Of a DNA stretch of 64,000 nt, positions 31,039 through 39,554 are shown one piece after another. How positions within the stretch are numbered: position 1 is the stretch's first letter; each line of letters opens with the position of its first letter. The stretch comes from Gemmatimonadales bacterium (GTDB lineage Bacteria; Gemmatimonadota; Gemmatimonadetes; Gemmatimonadales; GWC2-71-9), in the NCBI GenBank assembly GCA_036262935.1, contig DATAHW010000083.1, forward strand, positions 9,703 through 73,702, written 5' to 3'. The translations under genes were made by a program, and so were the position numbers. The notes under the pieces were generated by a model, which saw only the letters and a list, made by a program, of their open reading frames with translations, was not told where the DNA came from and searched no databases.

Positions 31039-31521
31039 CTAGGGCGTAGTGTTCCGGGAGATCGGGGCGCTGGCGGACCGAAGCTCGGTATGCCGAATCT
31101 GCCCACCCACAAGCGCGGCCCACGCGAAGAGACCGAAGGACACCACCAGCGCGGCGCACACCACACCCGACAGGATGGGGCTCGGCGCCGGCGCCCGTCG
31201 TCCCAGCCAGAGTGTGAGCACGGCCAGCGCTCCGGTCACGAGCACGGCAATGAAGCCGACTTCCGCCCGCTCTTCGTGCTCGTGCGCGAGATCACGGTCC
31301 ATGTCGGGGACGAGCTCGCGCAGGCGGTGCTCCGCGGGCTCTCCGGTCAGGTAGACCGGAATCGTCAGGAGCGCCACGAGCACGGCGGCCACGAGACCCA
31401 GGCGAGCCACCTCCGCCGACCGGCGAACGAGACCCCAGCCGAGCAGCAGTGCCGCCGCGCTGGTACCGAGCAGCGGCATATGATTCAGCATCAGATGCAC
31501 GTGCAGCGGACTGAGATCCAT
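31039..31521 (-). CDS. four-TM membrane protein, unknown function
   Basis: Start set to ATG 31521 with GGGAGG upstream (MDLSPLHVHLMLNHMPLLG). 160 aa. Confidence 0.6.
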   Translation of the reverse strand: MDLSPLHVHLMLNHMPLLGTSAAALLLGWGLVRRSAEVARLGLVAAVLVALLTIPVYLTGEPAEHRLRELVPDMDRDLAHEHEERAEVGFIAVLVTGALAVLTLWLGRRAPAPSPILSGVVCAALVVSFGLFAWAALVGGQIRHTELRSASAPISRNTTP

Positions 31522-31591
31522 CGAGCCTCCCCAAGGTATTCTTCCAACGATACACCAGTCTGGGGCGCGTTGCGGCGGCGTCAGCGGCCGG

Positions 31592-32005
31592 TCAATTGCC
31601 GAGGGCCGCGTGCCCGGCAGCCGCGACCTCGCCATCCTGAGCCGAGGCCATGCCGCTGACGCCGATGGCGCCGATCACGGCCCCGTCGACTCGGATCGGC
31701 ACGCCGCCTTCGAGCGCGACGATACCGGGAAGCGTGAGCAGGGCTGTGCGCCCGCCGGCAATTCCGTCCTCGAGCGCTTTCGTGGGACGGTGCAGGAGCG
31801 CGGCCGTGCGCGCCTTGCGGACGGCGATTTCCCGGCTCGCCGGCTGGGTGTCGTCCAGACAGTGGAGAAGGATCAGCCCGCCGCCGGCGTCCACCACCGC
31901 AATGGCGACCGTCCAGTCTCGCTCGATCGCAAAGCGCTCGGCGGCAGCGGCCATCGCCTTGGCAGCGTCGAGGGTGAGCGCGCGAACCGTGCGCAGGTGA
32001 GTCAT
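31592..32005 (-). CDS. GlcG/HbpS-like (DUF336) heme-binding family protein
   Basis: Start set to ATG 32005 (MTHLRTVRALTLDAAK). ...GGVPIRVDGAVIGAIGVSG. 137 aa. Confidence 0.8.
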   Translation of the reverse strand: MTHLRTVRALTLDAAKAMAAAAERFAIERDWTVAIAVVDAGGGLILLHCLDDTQPASREIAVRKARTAALLHRPTKALEDGIAGGRTALLTLPGIVALEGGVPIRVDGAVIGAIGVSGMASAQDGEVAAAGHAALGN

Positions 32006-32045
32006 CCCTGACAATCCTTTCCCTGGTGTGGCGAGTGCCCGGCGC

Positions 32046-32573
32046 TCACGCCACGTAACGCGCGACAGCCATCGCAACGGTGGCGAGCAGGAGCAGCCCC
32101 GCCCCGAGCCCGCTGGCGCGCGCGACCTTCCGCTGGGTGCGTTCGATGGTGGCGATCTCCTCCGGTGTGGGCGGGCGCCCGGCCGACTGCAGCCGAGCCG
32201 TTAGCATGCCGAGCTGTTTCGCCGCGGGGCTGATGATGCCGATCCCGAGGAGGAGCGCGACCAGCGCCAGTGCGCCGCCCAGGCCGAACACCCGACCCTC
32301 ACCCGATGCCAGCCACGCCGCCGAGGTGAACCCCGCCGAGTCGCGCCAGTAGAGCGCGAGCCCGGAGAGCACCGTGAGGGCGCCAGCGCCCAACAACCAG
32401 AGCGGCATCCGCCGCACTTCGCCGACCTGGTACATGACAGGCCCGGCAGCCGGACCGGCCGCGCGGAGACTCGGGAGGAGGAAGGCGGCGAGAAAGACCA
32501 CCGTGCCCACCCAGAATGCGCCGGAGACGATGTGCGCGATGCGGAGAATGTGCATGCCGACCAGACTATCCAT
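32046..32573 (-). CDS. four-TM membrane protein, unknown function
   Basis: Start set to ATG 32573 (MDSLVGMHILRIAHIVSGAFWVG). 175 aa. Confidence 0.6.
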   Translation of the reverse strand: MDSLVGMHILRIAHIVSGAFWVGTVVFLAAFLLPSLRAAGPAAGPVMYQVGEVRRMPLWLLGAGALTVLSGLALYWRDSAGFTSAAWLASGEGRVFGLGGALALVALLLGIGIISPAAKQLGMLTARLQSAGRPPTPEEIATIERTQRKVARASGLGAGLLLLATVAMAVARYVA

Positions 32574-32602
32574 GGATGCCGCGCTCCGATGAGGGGAGAC
32601 CT

Positions 32603-32944
32603 TCAGGATGCCGTGTCGATCGGTTCGACCACGACGGCGGTGCCATAGCAGAGGACTTCGGTCACGCCCGACATGATCTCGGTCGCGTCGTAGCGCACGC
32701 CCACGACGGCGTTCGCCCCGCGCCGCTGCGCCTGGGCGAGGAGAATGTCGAAGGCATCGGCTCGCGCCCGCTCGCACAGGGTCGTGAGAATGGAGATATG
32801 GCCGCCGATGAGCGTTTCGACCTTGGCGCCGATGGTGCCGAGCAAGGAGCGGGAACGCACAGTGACGCCGCGCACCACCCCAAGCGACCGCACGACGTGA
32901 TAGCCGTCGAGGGTAAACGCCGTGGAGGTCATTTCTTCGTTCAT
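32603..32944 (-). CDS. YbjQ family (UPF0145, heavy-metal-binding domain) protein
   Basis: Start set to ATG 32944 (ATGA overlap). GVVRGVTVRSRSLLGTIGA...ANAVVGVRYD. 113 aa. Confidence 0.8.
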   Translation of the reverse strand: MNEEMTSTAFTLDGYHVVRSLGVVRGVTVRSRSLLGTIGAKVETLIGGHISILTTLCERARADAFDILLAQAQRRGANAVVGVRYDATEIMSGVTEVLCYGTAVVVEPIDTAS

Positions 32945-33498
32945 GCGGTCCACTCCCGGTCCAGGATTCCATAGATGACGTGATCCACGAAGCGGTCGGT
33001 GATCCAGTGCGACTCCCGGCGGATGCCTTCCTCCTGAAAACCGAGCCGCCGGGCCACGGCCCGGCTGGCGGTGTTCCGCACGGCGCACTGGAGCTCGATG
33101 CGATGCACCCGCTCCGCGGTAAAGAGGCGCGCCACCGCCCAGCGCGCGGCCCCGGTGGCGAGACCGCGGCCGGTGAAGTTTGCGCCCAGCCAGTAGCCTA
33201 CCTCGGCGTTCCGGTTGTCCCGGTCGATGTACCAGCAGACCACCCCGCCCGCCAGTGCGCCCCCGACCCGGATGCCGCAGTGGAAGCCGTCTCCGGCGGC
33301 GAGCTTGCGCTGGAACCGCGCGATCAGCGCCTCGACATCGGCCAGCGTCCGGATGGAAGCCGACCAGCGGAGCCAGCGGTCGAGATGTGCCCGGTTCGCC
33401 GCGACGAGGGCGTGTACCTCGGTGGCGTCGCGCGCGTCGAGCGGCGTGGGCTCGATGTCGTTCACCCGGCGCTCACCGGGCGTGAGGAGGCCCGGCAC
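32941..33498 (-). CDS. GNAT family N-acetyltransferase (RimJ/RimL-like)
   Basis: AEVGYWLGANFTGRGLATGA, RIELQCAVRNTASRAVARRLGF. Start uncertain: the track has TTG 33588, and I chose GTG 33498 because GGGAGAA lies 6 nt upstream. Confidence 0.8.
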   Translation of the reverse strand: MPGLLTPGERRVNDIEPTPLDARDATEVHALVAANRAHLDRWLRWSASIRTLADVEALIARFQRKLAAGDGFHCGIRVGGALAGGVVCWYIDRDNRNAEVGYWLGANFTGRGLATGAARWAVARLFTAERVHRIELQCAVRNTASRAVARRLGFQEEGIRRESHWITDRFVDHVIYGILDREWTA

Positions 33499-33605
33499 AT
33501 CGGCTTCTCCCGGAAGGTGACGGTCGTTACGGTAGACCACGGCGGATGACGTATCCTGGGCGCAGCCGCCCCTGGTGGGCGCAGACAACTTTCCTGGGGG
33601 TGAAT

Positions 33606-33767
33606 ATGGCGAACCGCGATGCTCCGCGTGGCCTGTTCCGCTATGGTGTCGGCGTCCTGATCCTGATCGTGATCGCCCTGATCATATACGCGGTGACGCG
33701 GGGCGCCGTGACGCCCGGACCCCGGGCGGTCGTAGACTCGACCGTCGTCCCGAAGGTACGGCCGTAG
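33606..33767 (+). CDS. possible small single-TM protein
   Basis: 53 aa from ATG 33606. Helix GVGVLILIVIALIIYAV. The only support is hydrophobicity and frame. Confidence 0.35.
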   Translation: MANRDAPRGLFRYGVGVLILIVIALIIYAVTRGAVTPGPRAVVDSTVVPKVRP

Positions 33768-33860
33768 CTCGGGCCCGGTCCCCCGCCCCGCGATCCCGCG
33801 GCCTTGGCCGGCGCGCGGGACCGGCCTAGCGTTCGGCATCCCCGAACCGGAGCCCTGGAC

Positions 33861-34373
33861 ATGCGTGCCGACGAGTTGCGTGCCCTGCAGAGTCCCCTCA
33901 AGGAACAGTACCGACGTGAGCCGGAGACAGCGGTGGTGACGCTCCGCGCCGCCGCGCGACTTGATGAAACGGCCGTGAGCTGCCACGTCGACACCGGCCG
34001 GGCGATGGTGGAGGCGGGCCTGCATCCCGCCACGGGCGGCACCGGACAGCTCGCCTGCTCGGGCGACCTGCTGCTGCAGGCGCTCGTCGCGTGTGCCGGC
34101 GTGACGTTGCGGGCGGTGGCGACCGCGCTCGGGATCCCGATCCGCGGCGGGGAGGTGCGGGCGGAGGGTGAGCTCGACTTTCGCGGGACGCTCGGCGTGA
34201 GCAAGGAAGTGCCCGTCGGTTTCCGCGCGATCCGGCTCGAGTTCACGCTCGACACCGAGGCCGGCGCGGAGCAGCTCGCCAGCCTGCTCAAGCTGACGGA
34301 ACGGTACTGCGTCGTACTGCAGACCCTGCGCACACCGCCCGAGTTGAGCGTCGCATGCGATCATGGGCGGTGA
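33861..34373 (+). CDS. OsmC family peroxiredoxin-like protein
   Basis: 170 aa from ATG 33861. ACSGDLLLQALVACAG and TERYCVV (the two OsmC Cys). Confidence 0.85.
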   Translation: MRADELRALQSPLKEQYRREPETAVVTLRAAARLDETAVSCHVDTGRAMVEAGLHPATGGTGQLACSGDLLLQALVACAGVTLRAVATALGIPIRGGEVRAEGELDFRGTLGVSKEVPVGFRAIRLEFTLDTEAGAEQLASLLKLTERYCVVLQTLRTPPELSVACDHGR

Positions 34374-34897
34374 TGCCGCCCCTGGACGCGCCAGTCCTCG
34401 GACAGGAGGGCCCAGTGCTCGTGGTCCCGCCAACGGCCCGCCACCTTCAGATACCGGGGCGAACTTCCCTCGCGGCGGAAGCCGGCCCGCCGAACGAGCG
34501 CGAGCGATGCCGCGTTGCCGGGCTGCACGTTGGCCTCGACGCGATGCAGCCGCAGGCCGCCGAAGGCGAGCCGGAGCATCAGCCGCAATGCCTCCGTCAT
34601 GTAGCCCTGGCCCTGGAACGGGGCGCCGATGTAGTAGCCCAGATAGCCGCTCTGGAACACGCCGCGCACGATCTCGGTGAGATTGATGGCGCCGAGGAGC
34701 GCGTCGTCCTCGCGGCGCCAGATGAGCCGGCAGGCCGCCGCCGGCGAGCGGCTCCGTTCCAGGTACTTCGCGAAGGCCACGGGCGTGCCCTCGGTTCCGA
34801 CCCAGCCGGTGAAGGCCGTCCGGCTGACCCCGACGAGTGCGCACCACGCATCCTCGTCCGCCGGTCGCGGTGGCCGCAGCTCGACCCGGATGGACAT
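34361..34897 (-). CDS. GNAT family N-acetyltransferase (RimJ/RimL-like)
   Basis: 178 aa. GYYIGAPFQGQGYMTEAL and HRVEANVQPGNAASLALVRRAGF. Confidence 0.88.
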   Translation of the reverse strand: MSIRVELRPPRPADEDAWCALVGVSRTAFTGWVGTEGTPVAFAKYLERSRSPAAACRLIWRREDDALLGAINLTEIVRGVFQSGYLGYYIGAPFQGQGYMTEALRLMLRLAFGGLRLHRVEANVQPGNAASLALVRRAGFRREGSSPRYLKVAGRWRDHEHWALLSEDWRVQGRHHRP

Positions 34898-34908
34898 GCG
34901 CGAACCGG

Positions 34909-35694
34909 TCAGCCGAGCGGCAGTGCGAGCGGCGCGCCCGGCACGGGGAGGCGCAGCCGATCCGACATGCCAGCCTCCGCAAACGCCCGCTCGAGCTCCA
35001 CGCCGGACTCGGAGTAGTGTGCCCAGCCTTCGAAATGCAGGGGTACCACGATCGCGTCACTGAACGCCCGAGCCGCGGCGACCGCCTCCGCCGCGCTCAG
35101 GGTGAGCGTCGCGGGACCCACCTCCCTGACGCGGGCCGCGCCGGTGAAGAGCACTGCCACGTCGACGGTGAACCGTTGTCCAACTTCGGCGACGTCCTCG
35201 TACCACACGGTATCGCCCGAGACATAGATCGCGTGGTCCGGCCGGTCAATGAAGGCCAGCGCGAAGCCGATCACGGGCCCACGATCGCCGCCGGCCGGCC
35301 CGTGCCGTGCCGGCGTCGCGGTCACCAGGAGCCGGCGGCCGCCGCCGGCGGGCAGCTCCCGCGTCTCCCAGGCGGCGAGGCCGATCGCATGCCCTCCGAG
35401 GCGCCGGGCGCCCTCCGTCGTGGTGAGCACCACGGGCGCGCCGTTGACCACGCGGCGGCCGGCGACGTCGAGGTTGTCCGCGTGGTGGTCGTGGCTCAGG
35501 AGCACCGCGTCCACCGGTCCGAGCGATTCGGCCGGGAGCGCGGGCCCCCGCGTCTTCCGGAGCACGTAGGTTGGCGTGGGATATTCGCTGCCGGCGGCGT
35601 CGAAGGTCGGGTCCGTGAGGAGGCGGAGCCCGCCAAGGGCCAGCAGCGCCGTCGGCCCGCCGATGTAGGTCAGGCGGAGCGTGTCCGTCGTCAC
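34909..35694 (-). CDS. MBL-fold metallo-hydrolase
   Basis: 261 aa. LLSHDHHADNLD metal-binding motif. Confidence 0.85.
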   Translation of the reverse strand: MTTDTLRLTYIGGPTALLALGGLRLLTDPTFDAAGSEYPTPTYVLRKTRGPALPAESLGPVDAVLLSHDHHADNLDVAGRRVVNGAPVVLTTTEGARRLGGHAIGLAAWETRELPAGGGRRLLVTATPARHGPAGGDRGPVIGFALAFIDRPDHAIYVSGDTVWYEDVAEVGQRFTVDVAVLFTGAARVREVGPATLTLSAAEAVAAARAFSDAIVVPLHFEGWAHYSESGVELERAFAEAGMSDRLRLPVPGAPLALPLG

Positions 35695-36008
35695 GCGCCT
35701 GGATCCCCGGGTGGGAGCGGCACCGCTGCGAGAGGGCCGGCCACCGTCACCCAGGGTCGCACCCGCCAGCTCCGCACCAGACCATGCCGGACGTACGGGT
35801 CCCCGGCCGCGAACAGCTCGGCGGCGGCGGGACTCTCTCCCTGGAAGAGCAGCACCGCCGCGTCGACCGGTTCCTGGAGCGCGCCGCCCAGGACGAGCTC
35901 CCCGCGCTCGGCGAAGGACCGCGCGTGTGCCAGGTGGGCCGCGCGGTGGGGCTGGCGGAGTGTCACGTAGTCGTCCACCAGGTCGTAGAAGAGCAGGTAG
36001 TGCATCAC
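35691..36008 (-). CDS. YciI family protein
   Basis: 105 aa. MHYLLFYD...HRAAHLAHA...DPYVRHGLV. Confidence 0.8.
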   Translation of the reverse strand: MMHYLLFYDLVDDYVTLRQPHRAAHLAHARSFAERGELVLGGALQEPVDAAVLLFQGESPAAAELFAAGDPYVRHGLVRSWRVRPWVTVAGPLAAVPLPPGDPGA

Positions 36009-36018
36009 GCCGAAATTC

Positions 36019-36420
36019 CTATTGGCGACCGAAGTGCCAGTCGGTGAACAGTCCGATCCAAACCATCACGGCCGACAGGAGCAGATACAGAAACGCGGTG
36101 GCCTCGTCGCCGATCAGCCCGCGAAGCCAGCGCGCCTTGTAGTCCTCCCAGAACCACCATGGGCGGATCACGGTCGAGAGCCCGAGGAGTACTCCCAGAC
36201 CTGCCCACAGCGCCCGATCCCGCTGCCAGCCGAGCGAGTCGGCCGCGAGCCACACAGCGGCGAGCGAGAGCAGGGAGATTCCGGTCAGGATGAGCCTGCC
36301 CCGCCACGGACGGCGCTCCGCCGGCGCGGCAACCGTCACCGTCTCCCCTCGCCAGGCGCGGAGCGCGAGCAGCAGAAAGGCGAGGCTCACGGCACTGAAA
36401 CCGAAGACCCAAAGCAGCAT
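36019..36420 (-). CDS. membrane protein, unknown function
   Basis: Start set to ATG 36420 (MLLWVFGFSAVSLAFLLLAL). 133 aa with four helices. Confidence 0.55.
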   Translation of the reverse strand: MLLWVFGFSAVSLAFLLLALRAWRGETVTVAAPAERRPWRGRLILTGISLLSLAAVWLAADSLGWQRDRALWAGLGVLLGLSTVIRPWWFWEDYKARWLRGLIGDEATAFLYLLLSAVMVWIGLFTDWHFGRQ

Positions 36421-36458
36421 CGGTGACTCCGGGGAGGGCGGCGCGTCGCTCCGACCGG

Positions 36459-36776
36459 TCAACGCCGCAGGCTCAGCACGACCACCGCGAGCACGCCGGC
36501 GACGGCGAGGAAGCGAAGCGCGAGCAGGAGCCCGCGCGGCGCGCCCATGACACCGGCGAACACCAGCGCGGTCATCACCACCAGGCTGGCGGCCATGCAC
36601 GCGAGGCGCCAGCCTTCGAGCCGCCAGCGGCTGGCCAGCCGATCCGACCCCGACGAACCGCCGGGCGGCAGCAGCTCGCGAAGGCGCCGCCACCGGCGGT
36701 ACCCATGCTGAAGCACCAGCACGCACAGGACCGCGAAGAAGACGAACAACATCCACCAGGCCCGGAAGTCGGGCAA
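36459..36776 (-). CDS. small membrane protein
   Basis: 105 aa with three hydrophobic helices. Confidence 0.5.
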   Translation of the reverse strand: MPDFRAWWMLFVFFAVLCVLVLQHGYRRWRRLRELLPPGGSSGSDRLASRWRLEGWRLACMAASLVVMTALVFAGVMGAPRGLLLALRFLAVAGVLAVVVLSLRR

Positions 36777-36783
36777 GCGCCGC

Positions 36784-37218
36784 TCAGACCGCGGGCCGAC
36801 GGAACACGGCCCGCACTCCCGGCGTGAGCAGCATGGCCACGGCCGCCCCCAGACACACGAGCGAGCCCGCGAGCACGAGCTGGAAGCCGCTGGGCGGGAG
36901 CCAGTAGAGATCGTCCCGCTGCACCACGAGCGTCGTGAGGGCGCCGGCCGCGAGCCAGAACACTCCCATCACCAACCCGAGCCACCAGGCCCAGCGACGC
37001 CCGCGGAGCAGCCCCCACGCGACGATGCCGGCGCCGATCACCTGGATCAGCACCGGCACCCATCCCCGGGGCGAACCCCATCCCCCGCCCCGGAGCACCA
37101 CGGCCGCGTTGACAAAGGCGCTCACGCCGTACAGTGCGAAGAGCGCGGCCGCGAGCTTCACCCCGCCCGGAGCGCGCCGGTCACTGGCCGTGATGGGCCG
37201 CGGCATGGTGATCCTCAC
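36784..37218 (-). CDS. membrane protein, unknown function
   Basis: 144 aa with four helices. Start uncertain: GTG 37218, ATG 37206 or GTG 37161. The first two overlap the upstream gene. Confidence 0.55.
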   Translation of the reverse strand: MRITMPRPITASDRRAPGGVKLAAALFALYGVSAFVNAAVVLRGGGWGSPRGWVPVLIQVIGAGIVAWGLLRGRRWAWWLGLVMGVFWLAAGALTTLVVQRDDLYWLPPSGFQLVLAGSLVCLGAAVAMLLTPGVRAVFRRPAV

Positions 37219-37681
37219 GCTGAAAGGCCAGGAACGCGTGGATGGCGCGCACCGCCTCAGGGTCGCCGCTGCGGACTCGAACGGCGGCGCCGCGCGGAAG
37301 CGACTCGACGGTGTAGGTGATGAGATCGCGCCGGGCGCTCATGGCGTCCGTGCCCGGCACGGCGCGGGCGTGCACGAGGCCGGGCAGTTGGAAGTCGCCG
37401 CCGGCGAACTGCCGTGCAATCTGCTCCATGTGCCCGCGGATGCGTGTAATCCCTGCGGTATCGTCGGTGTCCCGCTCCAGCGCGATCCGGCCGCCGTCGG
37501 GCAGTGGCTCGAACACGTGGCTGGAGGTGTACTGGTCCACACCCATCGCGACTTCGCCACGGGCCTGAACGCCGGCGTAGGCCGGGTCGTCATGCGCCGC
37601 CGCTCGGCGCGCCGCGGCCTGGTCGCCGGCGGGCCGGCACGACACGACTCCGAACAGCACGGCCGCCGCGAACAGACGCAT
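37181..37681 (-). CDS. lipoprotein with His-rich C-terminus, unknown function
   Basis: Last 166 codons of track ORF 37181..38356, from ATG 37681 (MRLFAAAVLFGVVSC lipobox). Ends ...REDHHAAAHHGQ. Confidence 0.65.
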   Translation of the reverse strand: MRLFAAAVLFGVVSCRPAGDQAAARRAAAHDDPAYAGVQARGEVAMGVDQYTSSHVFEPLPDGGRIALERDTDDTAGITRIRGHMEQIARQFAGGDFQLPGLVHARAVPGTDAMSARRDLITYTVESLPRGAAVRVRSGDPEAVRAIHAFLAFQREDHHAAAHHGQ

Positions 37682-37872
37682 CACCTGCCCTCCTCGCACC
37701 GCCGGCACTCGAGCGTCGTGCCGAGCCGGCCGGCCCGGCCCTCGGGGGACACGACCCAGGGACGGACCTGCCACGGCGGGTCGTGTCGCACATGCTGGGT
37801 GTGGCCGCACTCCAGCTCGGCGACCCAATCTCGCTCGTCGTCCTGATGAAAGCCCACGATCCTGCGCCTCAC
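37681..37872 (-). CDS. DUF3565-like small Cys/His protein
   Basis: 63 aa. GFHQDDERDWVAELECGHTQHVRHDPPWQVRPWV...LECRRC. Confidence 0.7.
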   Translation of the reverse strand: MRRRIVGFHQDDERDWVAELECGHTQHVRHDPPWQVRPWVVSPEGRAGRLGTTLECRRCEEGR

Positions 37873-38256
37873 TCAGACGGCACCACTCCGGCCAAGCCGC
37901 AGCCATACCCGCAGCGCCGACCAATGTGCCGCTCCGATCGTGATCCCGGTCAACGCCGCCGCGCCCGTCTCGCGGGTCAGCAGCCATTCGGCGGCGACGA
38001 GCTCCATGACGACGCCGGCGCCCAGTCCCGCCAGCGCGAACGGCCACAGCGCGACATGCGCCGCGCGGCGGCCGAAGGCCACCACGCCGCACGTGTACGC
38101 CAGCAGCCCGCTGCCGATGGTGAACACCAGCCGCGACTCGTGCGCGGCAGCGCTGTACCAGAGCACCATGCCTCCGATCAGCAGTACCACCACCGTCGTC
38201 CCGAGCATCTCCACGCTGGTGAGCCAGCCCGGCTCGCGGGGCCGGTCGCCCGTCAC
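37873..38256 (-). CDS. membrane protein, unknown function
   Basis: 127 aa with four helices. Its stop abuts the next start. Confidence 0.55.
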   Translation of the reverse strand: MTGDRPREPGWLTSVEMLGTTVVVLLIGGMVLWYSAAAHESRLVFTIGSGLLAYTCGVVAFGRRAAHVALWPFALAGLGAGVVMELVAAEWLLTRETGAAALTGITIGAAHWSALRVWLRLGRSGAV

Positions 38257-38831
38257 GCAGCCGGCCCCGGCAGGTGCTTTCGGTAGGCGTGCTGCGTCTT
38301 GATCCTCGCGTAGCCCAGGCGTTCATAGAAGGGGTGGGACTCGGACCGTGCCACATTGCTGCGGACGGCCATCAGCCCCAGGCCGCGTGCCTTCGCCCAG
38401 CTTTCGGCCGCGTCCACGAGCCGGCGTCCCAGCCCCTGGCCTCGGTACTCCGCATCCACGACCAGCCCGAGGATCTCACAGCGCCGGCCGGACTCCAGCA
38501 GCTCCTGCTCGGCAGCGTGCAGCCAACCAACGATCCCGCGCGGCGGCAGCTCGGCTACGAGGAGGAGGTCGTCCGCGCGCCCCAGCAGCCGCTCGAGTCG
38601 AGCGCCCATCATCTCCGGGGCGACCGGATAACCCAGGACTCCGCTGAGCTCCGCGAGCCGAGCGCCATCCCGCGAAACCGCGCGCCGGATGACCGGTGGG
38701 CTCAGGCCGCCTGCCCCGTATGCACGGCGATGGTGGCCTGGAGCCGCGCGGCGGCCTGCTGGACCTCGGGCCACTCCGGGTACCCTGCCCCCACGGCACC
38801 CGTGCTCAGCTCGGTCGTGAGCGCCCGACAC
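38253..38831 (-). CDS. GNAT family N-acetyltransferase (start uncertain)
   Basis: LGLVVDAEYRGQGLGRRLV and FYERLGY. The domain begins near VIRRAVSRDG (about 38700), but the only canonical in-frame starts are GTG 38831 and GTG 38774, both inside the upstream gene. Confidence 0.8.
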   Translation of the reverse strand: MSGAHDRAEHGCRGGRVPGVARGPAGRRAAPGHHRRAYGAGGLSPPVIRRAVSRDGARLAELSGVLGYPVAPEMMGARLERLLGRADDLLLVAELPPRGIVGWLHAAEQELLESGRRCEILGLVVDAEYRGQGLGRRLVDAAESWAKARGLGLMAVRSNVARSESHPFYERLGYARIKTQHAYRKHLPGPAA

Positions 38832-39052
38832 ATTTCGGCGGCGCGACGAAGCCGGAAGCGCTCGGCCACGGCGCGCGGCTCCTCGGTGCCGGCAGCGCTG
38901 AGCAGACTCCAGACCCGAAGCCTGATATCGTCCACGACGCTCTTGAACTCCGGCAGACCTTCCGGGGCCACCTCTCCTCGCTCCAGGCGGGCCTCCAGCC
39001 CATGCAGAATGTTGCGCATGCTGGAGAGCTCGTCCTGCACGCTGTGCGACAC
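38702..39052 (-). CDS. hypothetical helical protein
   Basis: 116 aa. No family recognised. Confidence 0.5.
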   Translation of the reverse strand: MSHSVQDELSSMRNILHGLEARLERGEVAPEGLPEFKSVVDDIRLRVWSLLSAAGTEEPRAVAERFRLRRAAEMCRALTTELSTGAVGAGYPEWPEVQQAAARLQATIAVHTGQAA

Positions 39053-39169
39053 GCCATGACCTCCTCGGAGTATTGTGAGGCTTGCGATAACGCGATCGGG
39101 AGCGCCCTTCAGCCTAGCGGCGCCAGCGGCGGGCGGAAAGGGGCCGGCCTGCCGGATGGGGCGTGCCCC

Positions 39170-39544
39170 TCAGTCGCCGAGCGAGCTGAGCGGCACCAGG
39201 CTCTCGAACGGCTCGTAGACGAACGTGAGGCTCTCATCCGTCAGCAGCCAGCGGCGCGCGAGGAGCGCCCGGACGGCGCGCTGTGCCGCCTCCAGCATGG
39301 TCGGCGGCAGGCGGAGTGATGCGAGTTGGGCATCGAGCTCCTCGAGCAGCCCACCGAGCCGCTCCCGGTCGGGCTCGGGAGCGTTGCCGAGCGCCGCCGC
39401 GACGTTGTTCCAGGCACTCAGGTACGGATCACGCCCGGGCGTCGGCGGAACGGCGGGCCGCAGCTCGCCGCTCGAGCGCCGCGAGAGGCGCTCGACGAAC
39501 TGGCGGGCCGCCGCGGCCTCGGCCCATGCGCTCTCCCAGTTCAT
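39170..39544 (-). CDS. hypothetical protein
   Basis: Start set to ATG 39544 (MNWESAWAE); the track start at 39568 overlaps the upstream gene. 124 aa. Confidence 0.5.
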   Translation of the reverse strand: MNWESAWAEAAAARQFVERLSRRSSGELRPAVPPTPGRDPYLSAWNNVAAALGNAPEPDRERLGGLLEELDAQLASLRLPPTMLEAAQRAVRALLARRWLLTDESLTFVYEPFESLVPLSSLGD

Positions 39545-39554
39545 TTTGGCCGGC

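Noticed and set aside
38253-39052. A GNAT toxin / small antitoxin (TacAT/KacAT-like) pair formed by the 116-aa gene and the downstream GNAT.
   Set aside because: - The upstream protein shows no RHH or DUF1778-like N-terminus.
- The GNAT looks like an ordinary small-molecule acetyltransferase.
- Gene order and overlap alone are not evidence.
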